DNA of 64,000 nucleotides from Octopus vulgaris (Eukaryota): NCBI GenBank assembly GCA_951406725.2, contig OX597830.1, positions 77,934,001 to 77,998,000 of the forward strand, read 5' to 3'. Shown piece by piece: positions 1 to 12,776 of this stretch (position 1 is its first letter; each line of letters starts with the position of its first letter). The notes under the pieces were generated by a model. It saw only the letters and a program-made list of their open reading frames with translations, ran no database searches and was not told where the DNA came from. The position numbers and the translations under genes were made by a program.

Positions 1-1
1 C

Positions 2-1720
2 TCCCAACCAGCAGTCTTCATCATCTTGCATTGCGATATTTGTTGTGTTTGAAAACACACAACGGCCATTTTTGCACCACTCCCTCGGACTACACATTGT
101 GCCTTCTAAAGGAATAATTTTCAAACATTCACCTTCACCATTGTCACACCACATATTCGTACAAAATGCTTCATTGAAAATATTCTTGTCTCGACAATTG
201 TAAATATTAGATTGTGTTCCGAACCTCATTTGGCACTGCCAATTCGCACTGTACCTCTGTCCCGGTTTCATTTCTTTAAAAGCTTTCAATTCAGTATCAA
301 CCTCAGAATCGAAGTCTTGAAGACAAGTCATCTTATGCAAGTTGTTCTTTAAATAACCATAAGAACAACGAGAGAACTTGAACCTGTTTAATCTATATTC
401 ATTTTCGCGAGGACCGAGACTAGGTGCCATGATAAATTCGTCGGCTGGGTCACATGTGTTATTTTTTCCATCGTGTAAAACTCCCAAACTGTGTCCAAGC
501 TCATGTGCCGCCGCTAGTCCTGTGTAGAGACCAAACTTCTCTTGAATGATGCTTGTAGAGTTTACAGTACACATTCCTAACAGCAGTGTGTAACCTAATA
601 ATTTTTCACTCGACTGGATCAAGCTGTGACGGGTTATTATCAGAATGTGGTCTTCGTAGTGTAAAGTATTGCTGAGCGGTTGTTCCTGCAACCAGTCGGT
701 AAACCTATTCCATACAGAAACAGCTTCAACTCGACTCGACTGATCATGAAGAGATTCAATCCACCATGAACTACTTGCGTTATCGGAAATGAAAAAACTT
801 CTGCATTTAACGGTTATGCTAAAAGCTTCGTCCGGAAGCGAATGGAAGACCACGTTTATGGTGGACAGCATGTAAGCGTAATATTCTTTGATCGAATAAA
901 CAACATCGAATGTTTTTTGTTCCATGTTTTCACCATTCTGCATTGATAGGAAAAACGAATAAACACTGAAATCAATTACAATGCCAAGTTCGATGGTGAA
1001 GGCCTTTTGCGGATTTCTCTTCCTGCGAAGTGAACGTCGTTTTTTAATGTTACGTTTAACAGCATTAGAATATGGAAAAAAATCAACGTCGTCTGGTTTG
1101 ATTTCATGCAATACGTAAACTAAATGAAAATTCTGACCGTTCTTCTTACCGTCATCCTGTTTTTCAATCGGTGCTATACCATAACATTTCGATTTGTGTG
1201 TGAACATCCCTGAAATGATATAGTAAGTTCTTATCCGGTTACCAATTACAAGCTTCTTACACTTCACAGACATCAACGACTTAGGTCCGACGTAAATCGA
1301 AGCAGCTTCTTGATATTTTTTAGAAACCGGAAGATAGAGTAATCGTTTTTCACGTTGAGCAATACGATATATTGGTATATCATCAAACGAGGAAGTTTTG
1401 TCTAAATACAGTAACAAATTAACAGTGTCATTTTGCAGCAAGAATTGAAAGCGAAGTCTTGAAGGTTTCTCTTTGGCATCATGCTTATAGTAATTACATT
1501 CATTTTTCGAAAAGTTCGTCTTCTTCTTTTCTTTAGCACCAATTGGCATTCTGTTTAAAATAATTTTTGTTGCTTCTGATTCTTTTAAATGTCTGTTCGG
1601 AGGTGTAGGAAAACCACACGACTGATCGACTGAGACAAATAATGTCACAAACATAAATAAAAACGATAGCAGTAATGAAAATGATACAAACACCGAAGAT
1701 GTTAAATTCAGTTTAAACAT
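2..1720 (-). CDS. Secreted ADAM/ADAMTS-like zinc metalloprotease (reprolysin/M12B), 3'-partial (runs off window), no introns in the visible part
   Basis: Manual translation from ATG at 1718-1720 (in-frame TAA 3 codons upstream); frame checked at several points through to the window edge. Order of elements: hydrophobic signal peptide MFKLNLTSSVFVSFSLLLSFLFMFVTLF, prodomain, furin site KKRRSLRRKR (~1016-1045), catalytic start FTIELGIVID, zinc motif AAHELGHSLGVLHD (H codon 503-505), Met-turn FIMAP, FSRCS, and a Cys-rich/disintegrin-like region PGQRYSANWQCQMRFG...PLEGTMC...WCKNGRC. Confidence 0.93.
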   Translation of the reverse strand, partial: MFKLNLTSSVFVSFSLLLSFLFMFVTLFVSVDQSCGFPTPPNRHLKESEATKIILNRMPIGAKEKKKTNFSKNECNYYKHDAKEKPSRLRFQFLLQNDTVNLLLYLDKTSSFDDIPIYRIAQREKRLLYLPVSKKYQEAASIYVGPKSLMSVKCKKLVIGNRIRTYYIISGMFTHKSKCYGIAPIEKQDDGKKNGQNFHLVYVLHEIKPDDVDFFPYSNAVKRNIKKRRSLRRKRNPQKAFTIELGIVIDFSVYSFFLSMQNGENMEQKTFDVVYSIKEYYAYMLSTINVVFHSLPDEAFSITVKCRSFFISDNASSSWWIESLHDQSSRVEAVSVWNRFTDWLQEQPLSNTLHYEDHILIITRHSLIQSSEKLLGYTLLLGMCTVNSTSIIQEKFGLYTGLAAAHELGHSLGVLHDGKNNTCDPADEFIMAPSLGPRENEYRLNRFKFSRCSYGYLKNNLHKMTCLQDFDSEVDTELKAFKEMKPGQRYSANWQCQMRFGTQSNIYNCRDKNIFNEAFCTNMWCDNGEGECLKIIPLEGTMCSPREWCKNGRCVFSNTTNIAMQDDEDCWLG

Positions 1721-1919
1721 AATTACTTATTAATCAGTTTATAAACTGTATGCTAGAATATAATCGGTTTGGTGACATTTTCTATTGGTTACCATTTTTT
1801 GTCGATCGGTCGTTGTTTCAAAAATCTAACCACCAGCGTCCGCTTCGCTGGCAACAGGTTCATTTCCTCCGCACGTGATATATTTCGTTTCTTCTACATT
1901 CACTGATGATAATGTATTT

Positions 1920-2021
1920 ATATTTGTATATACGTACGTATGTTTATGTATGTGTGTATGTATGCATATATGCACATATTTGCAATTACGTGCATTATAT
2001 GCGTTTGTGCATGTATGTATG

Positions 2022-2053
<32 letters not shown>

Positions 2054-2520
2054 CTCGTATATGTATGTATGTATGTATGTACGTAGCTATGTATATATCT
2101 ATGTATGTATGCATTTATGTATGTATTTATATTTGTATGTACGTACGTATGTTTATGTATGTGTGTATGTATGCATATATGTACATATTTGCAATTATGT
2201 GCATTATATGCGTTTGTGCATGTATGTATGTATGTACGTGTATGTAAACTCGTATATTTATGTATTTGTGCATTAGATATTTATGTATATATATGTATAT
2301 ATGTATGCATGTATGTATAATATATGTACGTATCAATATATATATGTATATATATAGGTAGACGTGTCTGTAAATGTGCGTATATATATTTATGTATTAG
2401 TACAATATACACATAATGTTTACCATACACATAAACACACACACACACACACACACACATTTATACACTTATACATATATGTGTGTATGAATATTGTATG
2501 TATGTGTATATGTATACATA
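1920..2520. repeat. Compound (TATG)n/(CA)n microsatellite with an internal duplicated block
   Basis: Simple repeats seen directly; the block atttgtat..acgtacgtatgtttatg...gcattatatgcgtttgtgc occurs at both ~1922 and ~2131. Confidence 0.9.
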
Positions 2521-2532
2521 TATATCGTGTGT

Positions 2533-2832
2533 GGAGGTGCAATGGCCCAGTCGTTAGGCCAACGGACTCGCGGACGTAGGATGGCGGTTTCGATTCCTAG
2601 ACCGGGCGTTGTGAGTGTTTATTGAGCAAAAACACCTAAGCTCCACGAGGCACGGGGTGGTGGCGATTCCTGCTGTACTCTTTCGCCACAACTTCCTCTC
2701 TTTTTCTTCTGTTGGCCTGTTTACTTAGCCAGCAGGGTGGCATCATTTGAAGGCTAAAACAATGCAAAGCGCATCGTGACCAGCGATGTGTAGCAACATC
2801 TGATAGCCTGGTCGGTCACGGTGATCACGGTG
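2533..2832 (+). mobile_element. tRNA-derived SINE, head type A with tail type B
   Basis: A/B-box-like head ggaggtgcaatggcccagtcgttagg...ggtttcgattcc; tail ends (gtgatcacg)n; TSD atatatcg(t/c)gtgt at 2520-2532 and 2833-2845. Confidence 0.85.
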
Positions 2833-3089
2833 ATATATCGCGTGTAAAGGCGGCAACTTGGGAGAATCCTCAGCGCGTAAGTAATCGCAAGAAAACATTT
2901 CATTCGGCCTTTACGTTCTGTGTCAAAATGACTCCGATATCAAGTCTCAGAAGACAAATTTTTTTAAATATTTTAAAAAGATATTTTAAAATATTCATGT
3001 TTTATTACTTTTATTACACATACTAACCACTGGTATAAATTATTTAATTATTTTTACCCTTGTATTCATAATATATATATATATATTTA

Positions 3090-3498
3090 GGTGCAGGAGT
3101 GGCTGTGTGGTAAGTAGCTTGCTAACCAACCACATGGTTCTGGGTTCAGTCCCACTGCGTGGCATCTTGGGCAAGTATCTTCTGCTATAGCCCCGGGCTG
3201 ACCAATGCCTTGTGAGTGGATTTGGTAGACGGAAACTGAAAGAAGCCTGTCGTATATATGTATATGTATATATGTGTGTGTGTGTGTTTGTGTGTCTGTG
3301 TGTTTGTCCCCCTAGCATTGCTTGACAACCGATGCTGGTGTGTTTACGTCCCCGTCACTTAGCGGTTCAGCAAAAGAGACCGATAGAATAAGTGCTGGGC
3401 TTACAAAGAATAAGTCCCGGGGTCGATTTGCTCGACTAAAGGCGGTGCTCCAGCATGGCCGCAGTCAAATGACTGAAACAAGTAAAAGAGTAAAGAGT
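3090..3498 (+). mobile_element. SINE family E (tRNA-like head, internal microsatellite, LINE-like tail)
   Basis: gcaggagtggctgtgtggtaag...ggttcagtccc head; tail ggcggtgctccagcatggccgcagtcaaatgactgaaac(aagtaaaagag)n; more than 10 copies in the window. Confidence 0.9.
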
Positions 3499-3531
3499 AT
3501 ATATATATATATATATATATAATGTTAGATG

Positions 3532-3605
<74 letters not shown>

Positions 3606-4466
3606 TAGACAAACAAACATACAATTTTATATTAAAGATCTTAGTGAAAAACATAATTCTTAAATTAGAATGTTGTTGACAGTGACCTCGAAGTTACTGT
3701 CAACAGTATTCTTGTTTAAAGTTAATAAATACAAATGTATAGAGTAACCGATTTGTTTCATGTAAAGTTGTTCATATTATAACTGAACATATACATATAC
3801 ATATACATACAAGCATGCATATACATATACGCACACACATACACACACACACACTCAGGCACACCCAGGCACAAAAACACAGTCACACTCTCGCACGCGC
3901 ATGCACACACATACGGTCTACATCCATTTCAATAAATATAATTGCCAAGGTGGACTTTACCTTTCATACTTGCGGAGTCGATAAATTAAGTACCAGTTGC
4001 GTAATGGGGGTCAATCTAATCGACTGGGCCCTTCGCAAAAATTTCGGGCCTCGTGCCTTGTGTAGAAACGAATAAATATAACAGATAAACGTTTAACATA
4101 TGTGAGAAACGAAACGAGTGTACTCTGTGTCATGTAAATACAGCAAACTGTGAGTATACAGATTTGCTATTAATTGCTGTATATAAATATGTCAACGTTA
4201 GATGACATATTTACATGCAAAATGGAAGAAAATATGGATATTAAGACTGATCGATGCTAGTGAAGCGAATAATAGTAAAATCATCAGGGGAGTTAACTTC
4301 TATTTCACTTATATCTCGGACTAAATAATTTAACTCCCTTGGCAATATGGAAATTGCAACAACGGAAAAATAAAGGGAGAGAATATGTACATGCGTAAAT
4401 ACGTCAGTACGTACGTAAGCACGTGGGTACTTACGTACGTAAGTATGTATGTATATATTTTAGAGT

Positions 4467-4843
4467 GGAGGCGCAATGGCCCAGTGGTTAGGGCAGCGGT
4501 CATACGATCGCGGTCTCGATTCCCAGACCGGGCGTTGTGAGTGTTTATTGAGCGAAAACACCTAAAAGCTCCACGAGGCTCCGGCAGGGGATGGTGGTGA
4601 TCTCTGCTGTACTCTTTCGCCACAACTTTCTCTCACTCTTACTTCCTGTTTCTGTTGTACCTGTATTTCAAGGGGCCGGCCTTGTCACTCTCTGTGTCAC
4701 GCTGAATATCCCCGAGAACTACGTTAAGGGTGCACGTGTCTGTGGAGTGCTCAGCCACTTACACGTTAATTTCACGAGCAGGCTGTTCCGTTGATTCGGA
4801 TCAACCGGAACCCTCATCGTCGTAACCGACGGAGTGCTTCCAA
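4467..4843 (+). mobile_element. tRNA-derived SINE family A (full length)
   Basis: Near-identical to copies at 8704, 43000 and 57251; TSD atatattttag at 4453-4463 and 4844-4854. Confidence 0.92.
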
Positions 4844-5000
4844 ATATATTTTAGTAGGTTTTGTTCTTAGTCCTGCTGGGTTTCTAGCAACTCTCATCCC
4901 CATGCAAGCCTAGTGGGTAGCGCTCGTTTAGTCGCCGACGACCAGACCATGCAACGGTAGTAGTAGATTCATGTTACTAGTATCACTTGTGAGAGACCTA

Positions 5001-5415
5001 AGGCGGCGAGCTGGCAGAAACGTTAGCACGCCGGGTGAAATGCTTAACAGTATTTCGTCTGCCGCTACGTTCTGAGATCAAATTCCGCCGAGGTCAACTT
5101 TGCCTTTCATCCTTTCGGGGTGGTTAAATTAAGTACCAGTTACGCACTGGGGCCTATATAGTCAACTTAATCCGTTTGTCTGTCCTTGTTTGTCCCCTCT
5201 ATGTTTAGCCCCTTGTGGGTAGTAAAGAATAGGTATTTCATCTGCCGCTATGTTCTGAGTTCAAATTCCGCCGAGGTCAACTTTGCCTTTCATCCTTTCG
5301 GGGTCGTTAAATTAAGTACCAGTTACGCACTGGGGCCTATATAATCAACTTCATCCGTTTGTCTGTCCTTGTTTGTCCTCTCTATGTTTAGCCTCTTGTG
5401 GGCAATAAAGAAATA
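5001..5415 (+). mobile_element. SINE family D, internally duplicated (dimer)
   Basis: ggcggcgagctggcagaaacgttagcacg head; the ~180-bp body (...ctttgcctttcatcctttcgggg...aagtaccag...) occurs twice; TSD acttgtgag(a/g)gac at 4985-4997 and 5416-5428. Confidence 0.88.
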
Positions 5416-5600
5416 ACTTGTGAGGGACTTCAAAAGGAGGGATGAACTTAGTGTAGGTTCAACGACTATCAAGGAACAGCACGGGCTGTCAGAAATCCCA
5501 GTTTGGTAACTAGCGCGTTGAAGGACCACTGGGCGTGAGGCACCCCTTAGCTTTTGATAAAGCATGTCTCTCGGAGATATGCAGGAAATGGTATTGAACA

Positions 5601-5850
5601 TACTCTTTTTACACTTTTTCTTGTTTCAGTCATTTGACCACGGCCATGCTGGAGCACCGCCATTAGTCGAGCAAATCGACCCCAAGACTTATTCTTCGTA
5701 AACCTAGTACTTATTCTATTGGGGTTTTGTTTTTGCCGAACCGCTAATTTAAAGGGACGTAAACACACCAGCATCGGTTGTCAAGCGATGCTCGGGGGGG
5801 GGGGTGACAAACACAGACACACAAACATATACACACAGATACATATACAT
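5601..5850 (-). mobile_element. SINE family E, 3' half
   Basis: Reverse complement of the tail at 3300-3498. Confidence 0.8.
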
Positions 5851-6084
5851 ATAAACAAGGGCAAAAGAAAATTATTTCTATGCCAATATGCTGATAACAG
5901 ACTTTTAAATCGTCAATTTCCACATATTATATACCCACTACAGAAATACGTAAAGGGCCATGGCGTTCTTTGAACTCAGTACGTAATAAATCGGATCAAA
6001 TACATAAAACAGTGCTTCCCAACCATATTCTACCTATGCACCTCTTTGGTTCCTCTTTATTGTTTTTTTAATTATATGACATCT

Positions 6085-6520
6085 ATGTGGGAATCTTTGT
6101 GCCTGTGTTTGTCCTCCCACCACCACCACCACCACCACCACCACCACCACCACCACTACCGCTTGACAACCGGTGTTGGTTTGTTTACGTCCCCGTAACT
6201 TAGCTGCTCGAAAAAAGAGCCCGAGAGACTAAAAAAAAAAGTACTGGGGTCGATTCGTTCGACGAAAAACTCTACAAGGCGGTGCCCCAGCAAGGCCGCA
6301 GTCTAATGACTGAAACAAGTGAAAGATAAAATATTTGTTTCAAATTTTGGCACAAGGCAAACAATTTCAAGAAAGCGGATAAGTCGATTACATCGACCCC
6401 CACCTACAGTAGCCATCTGGCACTTATTTATCGCTCCCGAAAAGATGAAATGCAAAGTCGATTTCGTTGAAATTTGAACTGAGAATGTAAAGGCAGGACG
6501 AAATGCCACTTAGCATTTTA
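6085..6520. mobile_element. Degenerate SINE E 3' half (+) followed by degenerate SINE D (-)
   Basis: gcttgacaaccggtgttgg...gactgaaacaag, then acttattttatcgctcccgaaaagatgaaatgcaaagtcg. Confidence 0.7.
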
Positions 6521-6579
6521 CGCAGTGGCATTTAAGGTTGTAAGATTCTTCCATCTTACAACCTTAATTTTTTATTTTA

Positions 6580-7020
6580 TTTACCAAGCCTTAATTACCC
6601 ATAGGAAGGGATGGCCACAACAAGACACACACCAGGTATTCCATTCATTTCCCAACTCAAAGAGGTGAGTCTGTCCTATGCTCGGGTCAAGGCATAGAAC
6701 GCAACCCCAAATATCAGCAACGGGGCCCGACAGCATATGCTGATTTACCTCCACCGCATCATACTGGTTCCGTTCCCCTTTGAGTAACGTCAATTCACTC
6801 ATCCGTCCACAAATACTCTCCAAGCTTTCCTATCATTTATAAACTCTCTTACCTCTCTCATTCCAACACGTGTAACCAACAGAGCTTTCCTCACCCCTCC
6901 CATCCACACAAACCAAGGTCTGCCTCTGCTTCTGCTACCTACCACTTCTGCCATCATTACCCTTTCTTACCATCCGCTCTTCATCCATCCTCTCCATGTG
7001 GCTAAACCACCTTAAAATTC
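6580..7020 (-). mobile_element. RTE-clade LINE 3' fragment
   Basis: Minus-strand translation ILRWFSHMERMDEERMVRK...VGSRSRGRP (one frameshift) matches the RTE C-terminal LRWFGHV.RM...R.RGRP motif; A-rich tail at ~6565-6582. Confidence 0.7.
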
Positions 7021-7100
7021 GTCTTAAAATACCAGTAAAATATTGGAATCAATATAACCGAATATAATCATGCACACACACACACTTGTTCAAAGTTACC

Positions 7101-7501
7101 TATTTCTTTATTACCCACAAGGGGCTAAACACAGAGGGAACAAACAAGGACAGACATAGGTATTAAGTCGATTACATCGACCCCAGTGCGTAACTGGTAC
7201 TTAAGTTATCGACCCCGAAAGGATGAAAGGCAAAGTCGACCTCGGCGGAATTTGAACTCAGAACGTAGCCTCAGACGAAATACCTATTTCTTTATTACCC
7301 ACAAGGGGCTAAACGCAGAGGGGACAAACAAGGACAGACATAGGTATTAAATCGATTACATCGACCCCAGTGTGTAACTGGTACTTAATTTATCGACCCC
7401 GAAAGGATGAAAGGCAAAGTCGACCTCGGCGGAATTTGAACTCAGACGAAATACCGCTAAGCATTTCGTCCGGCGCGCTAACGTTTCTGCCAGCTCACCG
7501 C
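7101..7501 (-). mobile_element. SINE family D dimer
   Basis: Two tandem bodies; perfect 16-bp TSD cttgttcaaagttacc at 7085-7100 and 7502-7517. Confidence 0.9.
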
Positions 7502-7820
7502 CTTGTTCAAAGTTACCGTCTACCATATTTTCTCACAAGGCATTCGTTGATATCGAGCAATAGCAGAAAATTCTTAATGCCGCACAGTGGAACGGAACTC
7601 AAACACACGTTGTTTCGAAGCCGAATTCATAACCATACAGCTATGCCTTCATGTGTAATTTTGTGACTATGCTTGTCAGCTATATCATACAGTTGGTAAA
7701 AGGTGGTGGTGGTGACGTGTAAATTAAACAAAATACCTGTCATATACTGAGGTCGATTTAATCTACTATAACTGCATTCCTAATCTCCACCTAATCGAAC
7801 CAGCAAAGGTGTATCTAGAT

Positions 7821-8102
7821 TACTCTTTTACTCTTTTACTTGTTTCAGTCATTTGACTGTCGCCATGCTGGAGCACCGCCTTTAGTCGAGTAAATCGACC
7901 CCGGCACTTATTCTTTGTAAGCCTAGTACTTATTCTATCGGTCTCTTTTGCCGAACCGCTATGTTATGGGGACGTAAACACACCAGCATCTGTTGTCAAG
8001 CAGGACAAACACAGACACAACCACACACACACACACACACACATATATATAAATCCATATATATATATGTATGGATAGGGGGACAAACACAGACACAAAT
8101 AT

Positions 8103-8189
<87 letters not shown>

Positions 8190-8351
8190 TATAAATACAT
8201 ATATACGACGGGCTTCTTTCAGTTTCCGTCTACCAAATCCACACACAAGGCTTTGGTGGGCCCGATGCTATAGTAGTATAGGTGCCACGCAGTGGGACTG
8301 AACCCGGAACCATATGGTTGGTAAGCATGCTACTTACCACACAGCCACTCC
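7821..8351 (-). mobile_element. SINE family E
   Basis: Reverse complement of 3090-3498, with a partially duplicated microsatellite region. Confidence 0.88.
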
Positions 8352-8703
8352 CATTAAGATTAAGTAGAAACAGCAAATAAATCTCCCTCAAAGCATACAC
8401 AACTGTCATATGTATCACGATGAATAAGATGATCCTGGGGTTCTTGCACATAGGGAAAAAGATGGGATGGCCACGGCTAGAATGCTTTTGATTATAGCTC
8501 TACTCTTGCAAAGCGGCCTGGGACTAATTAACAACGGCAACAACATCAATGTTTATGTTTGAAATCATGTTTCAAAATTCTATTCACGTCAATGTTTTAC
8601 CCACCACCACCCCAGGCTCTATAAGAAAAGAAGTACCAGTAATATTATGAGGTGATTCTATCAACTACACAACTCAACGACTTTTTTTTTCTTTAGAAAT
8701 ATG

Positions 8704-9089
8704 CGGTGGAAACATTCCGTCGGTTACGACGACGAGGGTTCCGGTTGATCCGAATCAACGGAACAGCCTGCTCGTGAAATTAACGTGTAAGTGGCTGAGC
8801 ACTCCACAGACACGTGTACCCTTAACGTAGTTCTCGGGGATATTCAGCGTGACACACAGAGTGACAAGGCCGGCCCTTTGAAATACAGGTACAACAGAAA
8901 CAGGAAGTAAGAGTGAGAGAAAGTTGTGGTGAAAGAGTACAGCAGGGATCACCACCATCCCCTGCCGGGACCTCGTGGAGCTTTAGGTGTTTTCGCTCAA
9001 TAAACACTCACAACGCCCGGTCTGGGAATCGAAACCGCGATCCTACGACCGCGAGTCCGCTGCCCAAACCACTGGGCCATTGCGCCTCC
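8704..9089 (-). mobile_element. SINE family A (full length)
   Basis: Reverse complement of 4467-4843; TSD agaaatatg at 8695-8703 and 9090-9098. Confidence 0.92.
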
Positions 9090-9828
9090 AGAAATATGTA
9101 GCAGAGACCGTACAAAAGCAATCTAGCAATCTGTTGTATGACGAATGAAATATTTCTGCTAAGTTGAAAAGGTCTAAGGGAGATTACTCTGAAATGTTAT
9201 AGTCACCCTTGGACCACAATTTTTTTCCCCTCCTTTAAGAGAACTGTAAATGGATTAGGCATTAAAAATATATTTATGGATTTATAACATTTTGTTGTTT
9301 CAAGTCTTAGGACTGTGGCCATGCTGGGGCACCATCCTGAAATGTCCAATCGAATAAATTTACTCCTATACTTATTTTTGTTTTGCAATTTAGTGCTTAC
9401 TCTCTTACGCTGTAACACCGAACGTCTAAATTACGAGGCCGTAAATAAACCACCACCAATCGTCAAGCGGTACGAGATGGGGGAGAACACACGCATACAC
9501 ACCTTTATCTCTCTATCTATCTACCTATCTACCTATCTGTCTGTCTGTCTGTCTGTCTAACTCTCTGTCTGTCTGTCTAACTATCTGCCTGTCTGTCTGT
9601 CTAACTATCTGTCTGTCTGTCTGTCTGTCTGTCTGTATGTATGTATGTATGTATGTATTTATACGACAGTTTTCCACGCGATGTCCGTCTACCATATAGG
9701 CATACGTTTTCGTCATAATTCAGGCACAAAGAAGCAGTTTATCATCTCGATGTAACACTCGGAGTTCACAGTAACAGCAGATTTCTGAGTACCTTATTTC
9801 TTCTAGTATCTATCTATCTATCTAGCTA

Positions 9829-9931
<103 letters not shown>

Positions 9932-10540
9932 ACACAAACATACATACATACATACATACATACATACATACATACATACATACATACAGACATATATTGT
10001 GTGAAGGGATATGTGTTCGGGTGGTGAGGTGTCCGCCTTATAGGGGTGTGCCAGTGTGTACATGGGTGCCTTGGTGTGTGATTTTTGCCAGGCTCATGGG
10101 CATTTGTGGAATGTCGAAGCAGGTGGCCTGTGGTTGCAGTCATGGTTTGGCGTGCAGGTACGACAGAATGTACTTCCTTTCATGCGGGTATGGATTAAAC
10201 ACTTCACCCCTGCTATTCAGATCCGGGCGTTGGGGATCTTTTCTCATCCATATCTCTTACCGGCTTCACAGCATACCCAACCAAGGGACATAACTTCTAT
10301 ATTAATCCCCTGGCCCTTTTTTCATTCCACTACCTTTTTCACAGTAGCCACTGACCGGTTGTGCTAATTAATTTACCGCTGACAATAGAAAGAAGTCGCC
10401 ATATTCCCTTCTATACTGGTTAACTCTGATGAGCATAAAGTTTATATAATCGGTTTGTTACCTAAAACTCCATTGTATTCTTGACACGAAACCGATTAGT
10501 AAGATCAGCCGTGATGGATATCTAATACTGCACATTACGT

Positions 10541-10580
<40 letters not shown>

Positions 10581-10848
10581 ATTTCCAGGATTCGAGGGTT
10601 TCAGGTATTTAAATGTTGAAAGCACCAAAATCTGGTCAGTGATAGCGCTATCGTGTACAAACAATATTTAAGGACATATACAACCCACTAAAGTAAATAC
10701 GGATTTGTTCTCCATTTATGCATACATTCACAAGCGGCTCACTGAAATGACAATGAGTCATCAAGATACACACTCACTGTACCTATTGCATCGCCATCTA
10801 TAGACTCTAGATCTATACCAATTGCAGGTTCCGAGTTAGAACAACAAT

Positions 10849-10926
<78 letters not shown>

Positions 10927-10939
10927 ACATATATATGTA

Positions 10940-11062
10940 TGTGATCACTGTGATCCCTGTGACCGACCAGGCTATCAGCTGTTGCTAGACATCGCTGGTC
11001 ACAATGCTCTTCGCATTGTTTTAGCCTTCAAATGACGCCACCCCGCTGGCTAAGCGAGCAGG

Positions 11063-11066
<4 letters not shown>
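10940..11066 (-). mobile_element. 5'-truncated SINE tail type B
   Basis: Reverse complement of ~2710-2832. Confidence 0.8.
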
Positions 11067-11161
<95 letters not shown>

Positions 11162-11698
11162 ATATATAGATAGTTATAGGTAAGTACAATCTGGGTATCC
11201 AAGTGCATGAAGTTATTAAGTTTCGAGAATGCAGCTAGTATAGATGACAAAAGCTGAACAATATACTATAAAAGGAGTTTCTTGACATCATAAGCTACGC
11301 ACTTTGTACTGTATTGAAATCAATCGACAAGCTGATAGTCACCATACAATGCACATCTTAGCAACTGAAGTTGCTCAAAAATCCGAGAAAGTAAGAAATG
11401 GAACAAGTGAGGCACGGACTACGATCGTTTCATAGCAGTGCAGTGCAATGCTTGTTACGTAAGTTGAAACATACATAGAACCAGCTTAGCTAATCTTCAG
11501 GTTCTATTACTTTTAAGTTGTTTGCATTGCTGCATGGAGATAACCAAATGGATTATGTAACAGACTACTTGTTTTACCTGTTCCATTCTAATATGAGCCA
11601 TATATAAGACACATGCTCAAGAAGGGTACCATGCAACAAGATCGAATTCAGAACCAAATAGTTTTGAAGCGAGGCATCTTAACTGCACTGTCACATAT

Positions 11699-11900
11699 AT
11701 CTATAATAATAAAAGCCAAATTCTGTCTGTCCGTCTGGGAACCCTGTATCTCAGTCTACATTTGCTCTAAATAGACATATTATAACTTTCTGGAATCAAA
11801 ATGATCCTGGGACTGAAAATCGGCTCTTCATTTGGTTCATGAATATCATGTATTGGGATCCAATTTAAAAGCATTTGGGTTGCTGTATCTAACAATTAAT
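11699..11900 (+). mobile_element. Non-autonomous Helitron-like 5' end
   Basis: A|TCTATAATAATAAAAG followed by (CTGT)n/CCGT, the typical start of non-autonomous Helitrons; no 3' end located. Confidence 0.45.
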
Positions 11901-12584
11901 AGTGTGGTTAGTTCACGCCATCTTGGTTGGCGCTTGTCAGATGACGTCAGAGATCAAGGGGAAGATAATCAACATTCGCTTCGTTAACTTTACGCCGAGA
12001 TTAGAACTTTGGGAGAAATTGGACAACAATTGGAGTTTAAATCTCATCCGTCCTTAACCTCTGCTTCAACACCACCGGGAAATATAGTCATAATAGACGT
12101 ATTATAGCCATGCTATTTAGTTCTATAGCAGGAGCTAGCTTAAAAGCCACACTATGTGCAGGCTTTTCAGTTTGTACTAAAAGAAAGAAAGCTCCTACTT
12201 AATTATTTGAAGTCATATAACTTTTACCAAGTTTTATTAAAGTCTAGAATGTTTAAAAATTTATTATAAATTCCAATTTCAAAGTATTTTTCAAGAAAAG
12301 GAAATTTTTAAGATTCACTAATTTATTAAAGATTCATATACACTTTCTATCACAAAATATTTTTTATTCCTTGCGATTAATCACAAAACTCTCTCATACT
12401 CTTTCTCTTTATCTCTTTCACTCGCTCATTCGATCGTCGTTTGCTCCGTATTGCTCTATTCGATTGTTTCAATAAAAATAAGTGATTATGAAGTTTTACT
12501 TCGAGGTACTTCGCGTATATTTACGAAAAATTTCTACACCATATCAATCTATCTATCATATTGATTTCAAATTTTGGCACAAGG

Positions 12585-12776
12585 GCAACAATTTTTGGTG
12601 AGGGGATAAGTAGGTTTACATTGATATACGAGTGCTCAACGGGTATTTATTTTATCGACAGCAAAAGGACAAAATGCAAAGTCGACCTCGACGGAATTTG
12701 AATTCAGAACGTAAAGGTGGATGAAATGCCGCTAAGCATTTCACCCGAGGTGCTAACGATTCTACCAGATCGCTGC
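12585..12776 (-). mobile_element. Degenerate SINE family D
   Basis: ttttatcgacagcaaaaggac...gcaaagtcgacctcgacggaatttgaattcagaacg. Confidence 0.75.

Noticed and set aside
4467-4535. tRNA-like sequences at SINE heads
   Set aside because: They continue into SINE bodies bounded by TSDs; these are SINE promoter regions, not tRNA genes.
4591-4794. Near-identical 67-aa ORF (MVVIPAVLFHHNF...) recurring at four loci
   Set aside because: It lies inside young SINE A copies with TSDs; the identity reflects recent retroposition, not coding constraint.
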